Source: Verrucomicrobiota bacterium
GTDB taxonomy: Bacteria; Verrucomicrobiota; Verrucomicrobiia; Limisphaerales; AAA164-E04
NCBI GenBank assembly: GCA_047947115.1
Contig: CP170459.1
Coordinates: 3,232,001 to 3,296,000 of the forward strand
DNA: 64,000 nt
Direction of reading: 5' to 3'
This document shows positions 51,535 through 59,439 of the stretch, piece after piece. The notes under the pieces were generated by a model that saw only the letters and a list, made by a program, of their open reading frames with translations, searched no databases and had not been told where the DNA came from. Within the stretch, counting starts at the first letter, position 1. Each line of letters starts with the position of its first letter. The translations under genes and the position numbers were made by a program.

Positions 51535-51899
51535 CATTGTTTCGGCCATTATTGGAAAACTGCGAGTGTTGATCTTGCCAATGCTTTCTTCATTTCGAGG
51601 GGCAATTTGGAATGATTCTCGGAAACCCGCAAACCATCAATGAACAAGGCGTCACCATCGTGCCCTTCGACGTTCGATGACTCGAGAGCGACAACGTTTA
51701 TATTCAGGCCAAAGACCTGCTCCCGGAAGGCATGAACCATGCATTCATCGAACAAAGGAAGGAGACATTCCATGATAAATCTTCCTGACACATACAAGAC
51801 GAACGGTCGGGAACATTTCCAGGCGCAGATTTGGGAGCCTGTTTTCCAGTATGCAAATTCTGAACAGCAGCGGTGACATTTCCAATTGGAATAAAAAGG

Positions 51900-51915
51900 T
51901 TGCGATATACTCTCA
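51900..51915 (+). promoter_or_regulatory. Possible Fur/Zur-family operator
   Basis: TGCGA-N5-TCTCA imperfect inverted repeat, 25 nt upstream of the His-rich ORF. Confidence 0.3.
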
Positions 51916-51940
51916 GATGCATTAACTCCTATTTCAGAAA

Positions 51941-52309
51941 ATGAAATCCGTTCGCCACATCATCACTTTTTGGATGACAGCGAGTATCCTCGTTGCAGGA
52001 TTCCTCGCTCGTAGTGAGCAGTTTCATTCGTGGCTCCACGAGGGGGAGGAACATTGTCACGTCGAAGCATCCCATTGCCAAGATAAAGGACAAACGGGCC
52101 ACCACCACGAGGGTGAAAAAACGGAAGAACACCCGCATGGCCTTCTGACCTTGATGGCTGGAGCAGCCATGGAAAGTTCTTTTGTTCCGTGCGTCTGTCC
52201 CGAACCTGTTTTTTCTCAATACTCCTTTGTTGCCTGGAATCTCCAGGAAATTCCATGCGTTCGAACATGGAAGGCGACCCAGGGTCGCGCCCCTCCCATT
52301 CTTTCCTGA
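51941..52309 (+). CDS. His/Cys-rich DUF2946-like leader protein ending in RAPP
   Basis: Hydrophobic N-terminus, 11 His and 5 Cys, C-terminal GRAPPILS*. Confidence 0.8.
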   Translation: MKSVRHIITFWMTASILVAGFLARSEQFHSWLHEGEEHCHVEASHCQDKGQTGHHHEGEKTEEHPHGLLTLMAGAAMESSFVPCVCPEPVFSQYSFVAWNLQEIPCVRTWKATQGRAPPILS

Positions 52310-52417
52310 TCCTTTCTCTTATTTTTCGAACCAAGGCGTTTCACTTGTGGACAAACATGCTTTCCTGCGAAGCATGCCCTTTGGAATGCCGCTCATTAAA
52401 TCTTTTATATTATTGTT

Positions 52418-53179
52418 ATGTCAGAATCCTGTGAGCCCCCTCAAGTTGGCGCCAGGTTGCGTGGTATCCATCATTTTGGGTTCACGTTGATTGAATTGCT
52501 GGTGGTGATCGCCATCATAGGCTTGTTGGCATCGATGCTTTTTCCGGCTCTGGGAAAAGCTTCGGCAAAAGCCAAACAGGTCCGGTGTGCTTCGAATATG
52601 AGGCAGATCGGTCTCGGTATATCCATGTATGCCGATGACTTTGACGGTAAACTACCCCAAACAGCTCATGAAACGTTGAGCACCAATAAAATTTGGATAC
52701 GCCAGATTCACTCTTATGTGGGAAATTCAGACGACATCCGCCTTTGCCCGGCGGATCCGACCCGTATGGACCGTCGTGAGAGTGGTGGAACAAGTTATAT
52801 TTTGAACGATTTCATTTCGTTGCCGATCGTGGATTCTTTCGGACAGGTTCTAGTGCCTGTCCCAAAACTGGATCAACTGCGGCAACCTTCGGAAAGCATC
52901 CTTCTTTTTGAAGTGGCGGATGAATATGGGCCATCGATATTTTCCGATCACACCCACTCCCGCGCCTGGCTGAGAAGCGGCTGGGAAGGTGTGGTGTCGG
53001 ACATTCAACCCGATCGACATCGGGGAGGTGCTCCCAACGAGGATCGCACCAAGGGCAGGGCTAATTACCTGTTTGTGGATGGTCATGTTGAGTCCATCGA
53101 TGCAGCCGATTTGAAACGCCAGTTCGATCAAGGTATCAACTTCGCGCAACCACCTGAATTCCGCCAGCCTGTGCCATAG
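52418..53179 (+). CDS. Prepilin-type N-terminal cleavage/methylation protein with H-X9-DG-like (DUF1559-like) domain
   Basis: G|FTLIELLVVIAII..LASMLFPAL, C.SN.RQIG, CPAD, SY..N, RH...ANYLFVDGHV. Confidence 0.92.
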   Translation: MSESCEPPQVGARLRGIHHFGFTLIELLVVIAIIGLLASMLFPALGKASAKAKQVRCASNMRQIGLGISMYADDFDGKLPQTAHETLSTNKIWIRQIHSYVGNSDDIRLCPADPTRMDRRESGGTSYILNDFISLPIVDSFGQVLVPVPKLDQLRQPSESILLFEVADEYGPSIFSDHTHSRAWLRSGWEGVVSDIQPDRHRGGAPNEDRTKGRANYLFVDGHVESIDAADLKRQFDQGINFAQPPEFRQPVP

Positions 53180-53320
53180 GATTGTTTGACGACTCATCAC
53201 GTTTTCGAACCTGGATCATTTTTATCATGTGTCATCCACGACGGCTCTTTGTGCCCGGTATGGGGTTGGCAATCTTTCATCAAAATCAATTTTAAACTTT
53301 TATTTTGCTCATTTCTTTCA

Positions 53321-56300
53321 ATGAAACGATTTGTTTTTAAAAATCTTATCCTGCCTGTATGGGGCATGGTGGCAATGGCGGCATTCGCCGGTGAACGACA
53401 AATGTGGACAGATGGTCATGGTGATCTCCAAGTCGGATACCAAGGCGGTGAATGGAACTGGGGAGTATGGACAGGCAACGAGGTGGATGAAGTCATCATC
53501 GCGCTGGATCACTCTTCAAAGGCCTTGATTCCCGACCATCCTAATTTTGAATTTCTGGGTGCGGTGGATGATCCGGTCTGGATTGCTCCTCAAGTTGACA
53601 AACAAGGTGTGGTGTTTCTTGGTGCAAACACTTCTTCCACACCACAAGGAACGTTCGTTGGCAATCGAATTGATTTGAAACTGACAAGTGTCCGGGGACC
53701 AGGTGATTTCTTCGTGTGGACCACGGGCGGTGCTGGTTCGGTCGAAGTCCCCATGAATTCACGTGACGGCATTGATGCAAAGGATGTCATCAACGCACCG
53801 GCTCCCGGACATTGGCATCAGAACTGGGGGTTCAGTTCTCCCGGAACCTACCTTGTGGGATTCACGGCTGAAGGAAGGCTCGCTGGACAATCCAGTGTCA
53901 TCACCAGTGAAGAGGAAGTTTATCGGTTTGCGGTCAATGTTTTTGACCGGGGTGAACTGGACTTGGAAGTCGCCTATGAAGACGGTGAATGGGAATTGGT
54001 TCTACTGGATGAAGCAAACGAGATGGAAATAGAGGCAGGTGAAGCCGCATTGCACGCAAGTCCCGGTACCTGGCAAGCGGTGCCATCCGATCCTGCTTAC
54101 GGTTTTCTTGGACGTCCTGGAGACAGTATCCACATCCTTCCACAGGAGGAAAAGGAAGGAATCTTGTTTTTAGGGATTGCCGGTGACGAGATTGAAGCAG
54201 GTGTTTTTGAGAATGATCAGGTATCTCTCAATCTGGCATCCGTGGACGGACCCGGCGCTGTTTATCTTTATTCGACCGATTCATTTGGAACTCCAACCAA
54301 GTACTTTGATTCCGGCGACGGCATCTCCGAATCGGATCAGTTTCCGGTAAGCGTTGGTGGGCATTCTCACCAGAACTGGGCTTTTTCAGCTCCTGGTATC
54401 TACCGTGTCGGACTGAACGCCTCAGGCGTGTTGACGGACGGTACACCTACCAGGAGTGAAGATACGGTTTTTCTATTTGAGGTATTCGGCCCCACCATTA
54501 TCGGAGAAGGGGAACTTGATCTCGAAGTCGCCTATGAAAACGGCGAATGGGAACTGGTGGGGTTGGACGAAGCCAATGAACGGGAGATTTTTGCCGATGA
54601 GTTGGTGATTTTAGGCACGGATGCCTCGAAGGTGGTCGTTCCGGAGGATCCAGCCTTTGGATTCCTGGGGGCTCCTGGTGACTCGGTCAACGTGCTGCCT
54701 CAGGAAGAAAAAGAAGGCGTTTTGTTCCTGGGGATCGCCGGAGATGAAATTGAAGCAGGTGTGTTCGAGAACGACTTGGTCGGACTCAATCTTTCCAGCG
54801 TGGACGGACCTGGAGCCGTGTATCTCTATTCAACAGACGCCTTTGGTTCACCTACCGTATATTTTGATTCTGCCAATGGAATCAGCGAAGAAGACGTATT
54901 TCCGGTGAGCGTGGGGGGACACTCTCATCAGAACTGGGGTTTTACACAACCAGGTGTTTACCGGGTTGGATTGCAGGCTTCCGGTCAACTGGCTGGATCA
55001 GCTGATACACCCCAGAGTGATGTCGCGGTGTTTACATTTCATATTCAGTCCGATGGAGGCTCCCCGGCTATGCCTTCCGTTTTCGCAGACGGTGAAATTG
55101 ATCTTGAAGTCGCTTTTGAGGAGGGTGAATTCGAACTTGTCCTGCTCGACGAGGTCAACGAACGAGAAATAGAGGCTGCCGATGGTCTTTTGACGTGTGT
55201 GGCTGCCACATTGGAACCTGTCCCGAATGATACTTCCTTTGGCTTCCTTGGCAATCCGGGTGATCGAATCTTCGTCCTGCCACAAGACGAGCAGGAAGGA
55301 GTTCTGTTCCTGGGAATTGCCGGTGATGAAATTCCTGCCGGTGAATTCCTGGACGATTCGGTCGGGTTGAATCTGGTGGAGGTTGACGGGCCTGGAAATG
55401 TGTTTCTTTATTCGACGGATGAATTCGGAATCCCGATGAAATATTACGATTCCGCCGATGGTATCACTTCAGAGGACCTGTTCCCGGTCAGTGTGGGCGG
55501 TCATTCACATCAAAACTGGGGATTCTCAGCCGCCGGTCATTATGAAGTCAAACTCCAAGCCTCAGGTGTGAAAGCCGCTAATGGTGAAACCGTCACCAGC
55601 GAGGCCGTATCCTTCTTCTTCGAAGTGATCGAACCTGAGGTCTTCAATGCCGGTGAATTGGATATGGAAGTCGTCTATGAAGATGGCGAATGGGAGCTGG
55701 CATTGCTGGATGAAGCCAACGAACGCGAAGTGGAACCGAACGAGGCACTGCTTCAAGGAGCACGAGGAACAAGGCAAACCGTCCCTGGAAATCCCGACTT
55801 CAGCTTCCTGGGTGAAGCCGGAAATGTCGTCTGGGTGTTGCCTCAGGACGAAACCGAAGGTGTTCTGTTTCTCGGGATTGCCGGAGACGAAATAGCATCC
55901 GGCGTTTTTGAGAATGACTCCGTGGATCTCCAACTCGTTGGGGTGCGCGGACCCGGTGATGTTTGTCTTTACGCGGTGGATGCATTTGGATCGCCACAGG
56001 TGTTCTTCAACTCCGGTGATGGTTTTGATGAAACCGACTCTTTTCCTGTAAGCGTCGGTGGGCATTCACATCAAAATTGGGGATTCACAGCTCCTGGTGT
56101 CTACAAGGTATCACTGCAGGCTTCCGGGACCTTGACGGGAGCCGCGAACCCGATCCAAAGCGAAGTGGTGGAGTTTACTTTCGAACTGCTTTCGGAAGCC
56201 CCATCCATGCTGACGGTTTCACGAACGGAAGATCAAAGCATCCTGATTCAATGGCCTTCCGTAGCAGGTTTGAATTATCAGCTTCAATCCATTCCATCAT

Positions 56301-56437
56301 TTGGAGACGGAGACTGGGTGAATGATGGAGATGTCATCCCGGGAACCGGCGAACCCATCGTCATGGAAGCGCCGATCAACAGCGAGGTGGCCTCCCGATT
56401 TTACCGGTTGATGATGGTTCAAAACAACAATCCTTAA
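53321..56437 (+). CDS. Secreted protein with five choice-of-anchor-M-like (surface-anchored metal-binding) repeats and C-terminal FYRL domain
   Basis: Signal peptide from ATG 53321; repeats G(H/E)xD...LPQ...FLG...L..V.GPG...HxHQNW.F...G.Y; C-terminal W...G..YQLQS...W...RFYRL. Confidence 0.85.
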   Translation: MKRFVFKNLILPVWGMVAMAAFAGERQMWTDGHGDLQVGYQGGEWNWGVWTGNEVDEVIIALDHSSKALIPDHPNFEFLGAVDDPVWIAPQVDKQGVVFLGANTSSTPQGTFVGNRIDLKLTSVRGPGDFFVWTTGGAGSVEVPMNSRDGIDAKDVINAPAPGHWHQNWGFSSPGTYLVGFTAEGRLAGQSSVITSEEEVYRFAVNVFDRGELDLEVAYEDGEWELVLLDEANEMEIEAGEAALHASPGTWQAVPSDPAYGFLGRPGDSIHILPQEEKEGILFLGIAGDEIEAGVFENDQVSLNLASVDGPGAVYLYSTDSFGTPTKYFDSGDGISESDQFPVSVGGHSHQNWAFSAPGIYRVGLNASGVLTDGTPTRSEDTVFLFEVFGPTIIGEGELDLEVAYENGEWELVGLDEANEREIFADELVILGTDASKVVVPEDPAFGFLGAPGDSVNVLPQEEKEGVLFLGIAGDEIEAGVFENDLVGLNLSSVDGPGAVYLYSTDAFGSPTVYFDSANGISEEDVFPVSVGGHSHQNWGFTQPGVYRVGLQASGQLAGSADTPQSDVAVFTFHIQSDGGSPAMPSVFADGEIDLEVAFEEGEFELVLLDEVNEREIEAADGLLTCVAATLEPVPNDTSFGFLGNPGDRIFVLPQDEQEGVLFLGIAGDEIPAGEFLDDSVGLNLVEVDGPGNVFLYSTDEFGIPMKYYDSADGITSEDLFPVSVGGHSHQNWGFSAAGHYEVKLQASGVKAANGETVTSEAVSFFFEVIEPEVFNAGELDMEVVYEDGEWELALLDEANEREVEPNEALLQGARGTRQTVPGNPDFSFLGEAGNVVWVLPQDETEGVLFLGIAGDEIASGVFENDSVDLQLVGVRGPGDVCLYAVDAFGSPQVFFNSGDGFDETDSFPVSVGGHSHQNWGFTAPGVYKVSLQASGTLTGAANPIQSEVVEFTFELLSEAPSMLTVSRTEDQSILIQWPSVAGLNYQLQSIPSFGDGDWVNDGDVIPGTGEPIVMEAPINSEVASRFYRLMMVQNNNP
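53414..56190 (+). repeat. Five intragenic tandem repeats of about 540-580 bp
   Basis: Repeat-start Gly codons at 53414, 53951, 54509, 55091, 55652; near-identical DNA at GGxCAxTCxCAxCAxAAxTGGG and GGxATxGCCGGxGAxGAxAT in repeats 2-5. Confidence 0.9.
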
Positions 56438-56452
56438 TAGTTGCTTGGGATC

Positions 56453-56497
56453 GCATAGCGGCGCTCCAGCGCTTGTGCGTTTTGAGCGCCGCTATGC
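56453..56497 (+). terminator. 14-bp inverted repeat just after the repeat-protein gene (possible terminator)
   Basis: GCATAGCGGCGCTC...GAGCGCCGCTATGC, followed by a G/T-rich tail. Confidence 0.5.
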
Positions 56498-56607
56498 ATG
56501 GGGTTTTGTGGTTTGTGGACAACCACCACGGTTCCGGATAAAAGAAGAGAGCTGATCGAATCACGATTATGCACAAAAGCTCGTCCAGTCACTTTGAAAG
56601 GTGTGAG

Positions 56608-56960
56608 CTAAACCAAGACGGGAGGAGCGCGGGAAGGAGTCGAAGTGCGGAAGCGTTTTGTCTCGATCAGGTTGACCGTGAGTGAGGTTAGTTCAGTAAA
56701 ATGGAAGGATTCTCAACAAACTTTGACAGGCTCGATTTTAAGATCAACTCCCGATTGACAGAAGGGTTGCAGTGGATCTGGCGCTTTGGGTGTCTGATCG
56801 TTTGATGTGTGACCGCTTTCCTCCTCTTCACAAGCAGTACATACATGCTGTTAAACACACTGAACTTCCTCGCCACAAATCCAATGATGGAACGCATGAC
56901 TCCCAGCTCCAAGCGATACCAACCATACAAGCGCAATCACCATCAATGCTGACAGGATTT
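56608..56960 (-). pseudogene. Decayed second DUF2946-like RAPP leader
   Basis: Single frame: [49 protein letters not shown]...PFCQSG...KVC*ESF...TPSRAPPVLV*; internal stops at 56851-53 and 56713-15. Confidence 0.75.
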
Positions 56961-56961
56961 G

Positions 56962-57126
56962 GTGGATTCCGGTGGTGCGGAGATATTGCCTCAACGGGGT
57001 GTATGCATTATCCCCGACATTTTTCTGAATGCTGGAGGTGTCACCGTCTCCCACTTCGAATGGCCGAAGAACCGTGCCGGTGTCAGTTTTGACAGCATGA
57101 TTTCCTGCCTCCGAAGGCAAGAATGA
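56962..57126 (+). pseudogene. Fragment of a Glu/Leu/Phe/Val dehydrogenase (glutamate dehydrogenase) gene
   Basis: Manual translation: [32 protein letters not shown], matching the family motif PD...NAGGV.VSYFEW.KN. Confidence 0.8.
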
Positions 57127-57282
57127 TCAGCCATTGCTTATATATCACCGAGTATGGGGGGCATAGTTCATTGCAGATGCTGGCCGGAATCCTTCGCATT
57201 GTTTCAGGGGTTTGTTGATTTGTTCTGATGCTCATCTTTGAAGTTGATTCTTGAGCCTGATCGTGAAGAATTTCGTCAAATT

Positions 57283-59316
57283 ATGACCATGCTAACTTGT
57301 TACTTACACAAACCCTGGATGCTGCTTCTTGCTGCATGCTTTGGATTTGATTGGTGTGCGAACGGCAGTCAACTTGAGATTGCCGGATTGTCAGTGACCC
57401 CACATGTTCAATCCAAATCCATGCGTTACCGGCGTGATCCTGATCCCGAGCTGGGGGCACGGGTGGAACTTTTTTTGCGGAATCAAGATCAGGTGCCGCT
57501 GACCATGGCGCCTGAGTTTCCAGCGACCTTCGATGGTCAGAGTGCAGGGCATTGGCTCGCCTCCGGGGATTGGGCCTGGCACGACACCCCGTCGGCATGG
57601 AGCAACGAAACCCTTTCTTTGGCTCCGGGCGCGATGACGGTTTGGAGCTTTAACTCAAAAGTGTCCAAGTGGGGGGAGGGGAGTCACCATCAACTCGTGC
57701 TCGGCAATGATTCCTCGACTCCACTCGGATTTTACCTTGAAAAGCCCACTGTTTGGCTTTCGGCGGTGACGTTTGTGGGTGAGGGGGACTCGGTTCACCC
57801 TGTCCGGATTGTTATTCATATCGCCAATGAATCAGGGCACTCTGTCACACCGCAAGCTTGTCGCTTGTGGTTGCCCACCGGTCACTCCAACTATCGTGTG
57901 CTTTATCCCCAGGACTGGCTTCGAAACGTTCATCGTTTTCCAATAGGCACCGGCATTCAGTCTGGTGGGAAGGGGGGATTTGTGGTTGAGACCGGACCGT
58001 TGCCCTTGACTTACTGTGCTGTCGAGGTGGAAACCTCAACCCAGGAGGGAGTAGTGTCTTCCCTGTGGGCGCATCTCCGCATCAAACGCGAGATGTTTGA
58101 CATGGGTGGTGGTTGGGTTGCGGATCGTGTCGGTGACAGCAACACACTACAGGCTGTGCTCTATTTGAAAACCCTGCGTCGGATGCACATCAACAGCGGT
58201 ATGCATCAAGACGTCACAGGTTATTCCGACACTTCCCTGTTTGATCAGTATCCGCTGAAGTATATGAACCGACTGGAACCTTTCGAGCGATATGATACCG
58301 ACCTCATGCTGCCGCGGATTCACGCTGTGGAATTTCAGGGCGAACCGCAGTATGGCGGGGGGCGTCCGGTTCCGCCTCAGGAGGTGCTGACCCGTTTTTT
58401 ACCTTATGGTCCCACCCGGCTGCCCACATCAGTCACTCACAGTGAAGAACGCATCTGGAGGTATTACGCAGGTCTTTCCGACTATCCCCATTATGATGCC
58501 TATCGTGTGTGTGCTCCGGCACCCGATTCCTGGACGCGTTATGATCGTTGGGGTGGGGAACGGCTTCGTTGGGCGGCACCTCTCGAGACGATTGCAGACA
58601 TGACCCGCAGCCTGCGCGAACTCAATCGACCGCGTCCCATCGCCTACTGGTCTCAGGGGGCGCACGATGGCTGGGGACAATACGGAGGCCGACAGCGTAC
58701 TTCGCCTACGCCGGATGAACTGCGCGCACAGGCATATCATGCCCTTTCCCAAAGAATCACTTCACTTTATTGGTTTAATCTGAGTTTGAAGTCGTTGTTG
58801 AAGTTTCGCGATCTGATCGAACCGATCACGCGTGTGAACCGAGAGATCCGCTTGATGGAAGACCTGCTACTCGAGGGGGATGCTTTCGAATATCGTCGGG
58901 AGATCGAGGAAGGGCAACTCTCCTGGGACTTGGCCTCGGTGATGGGGCCCTCCGGCGGTCTTTTGTTTGCGCATGATTTGGCTTATGTTCCTGACCTTGA
59001 TGAAAAGGTGTTCAAATTCCGGCCTCGTGATGGCCTCTTTGTTTTCAAACTCCCCGCCTACTTGAGTCAGCCCACACAAGTGTTCCGACTGGATGCCGAC
59101 GGGCTGCATGATGTGACATTCACGGTGGAGGAAAATCGAATCATCCTGCGCGACCGGGTGAAGGTTGCCGGCATTTATGTTGTGTCACAGAACGATCATT
59201 TGCGGGCATCATTGGAGGCGCGTCATGCCAGCCTCATTGCTTTTGAACGAGGCTTTGGATTTGATCCAGCACACTCTGATTCCGACTTTGAAGCTCTCAA
59301 GCAAATACTCCCATGA
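57283..59316 (+). CDS. Secreted hypothetical protein (beta-rich N-domains + possible glycoside-hydrolase-like barrel)
   Basis: Long ORF with signal-like N-terminus; GEPQY, HYDAY, TPDELRAQAYHAL...ITSLYWF resemble GH-barrel C-terminal elements. Confidence 0.7.
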   Translation: MTMLTCYLHKPWMLLLAACFGFDWCANGSQLEIAGLSVTPHVQSKSMRYRRDPDPELGARVELFLRNQDQVPLTMAPEFPATFDGQSAGHWLASGDWAWHDTPSAWSNETLSLAPGAMTVWSFNSKVSKWGEGSHHQLVLGNDSSTPLGFYLEKPTVWLSAVTFVGEGDSVHPVRIVIHIANESGHSVTPQACRLWLPTGHSNYRVLYPQDWLRNVHRFPIGTGIQSGGKGGFVVETGPLPLTYCAVEVETSTQEGVVSSLWAHLRIKREMFDMGGGWVADRVGDSNTLQAVLYLKTLRRMHINSGMHQDVTGYSDTSLFDQYPLKYMNRLEPFERYDTDLMLPRIHAVEFQGEPQYGGGRPVPPQEVLTRFLPYGPTRLPTSVTHSEERIWRYYAGLSDYPHYDAYRVCAPAPDSWTRYDRWGGERLRWAAPLETIADMTRSLRELNRPRPIAYWSQGAHDGWGQYGGRQRTSPTPDELRAQAYHALSQRITSLYWFNLSLKSLLKFRDLIEPITRVNREIRLMEDLLLEGDAFEYRREIEEGQLSWDLASVMGPSGGLLFAHDLAYVPDLDEKVFKFRPRDGLFVFKLPAYLSQPTQVFRLDADGLHDVTFTVEENRIILRDRVKVAGIYVVSQNDHLRASLEARHASLIAFERGFGFDPAHSDSDFEALKQILP

Positions 59317-59349
59317 AACGTAAACGCCGCCCATTTTAATGTTTTTACG

Positions 59350-59421
59350 AAGCGGTAGCCACGCTTTTCAAAGCGTGGCTACCGCTTGTTGACGGGCGTA
59401 GACGCCTTCGCCAGAAGGTGT
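59350..59421. repeat. REP-like GTAG palindromes between convergent genes
   Basis: Perfect 18-bp IR AAGCGGTAGCCACGCTTT-TC-AAAGCGTGGCTACCGCTT (59350-59387); second GTAG-ACGCCTTC-GCCA-GAAGGTGT (59398-59421). Confidence 0.65.
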
Positions 59422-59439
59422 AGCGTCCCGAACGTTTAC

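Noticed and set aside
51549..51922. Short minus-strand ORFs (82 and 72 aa)
   Set aside because: No recognisable motif in any frame read; probably decayed or non-coding sequence, not supportable as CDS.
53180..53320. Cobalamin or metal riboswitch before the repeat protein
   Set aside because: No B12 box or other conserved riboswitch element visible.
53414..56190. Repeats as CRISPR, DGR or assembly duplication
   Set aside because: Units are about 560 bp, in frame and diverged mainly at synonymous sites; no cas or reverse transcriptase gene nearby.
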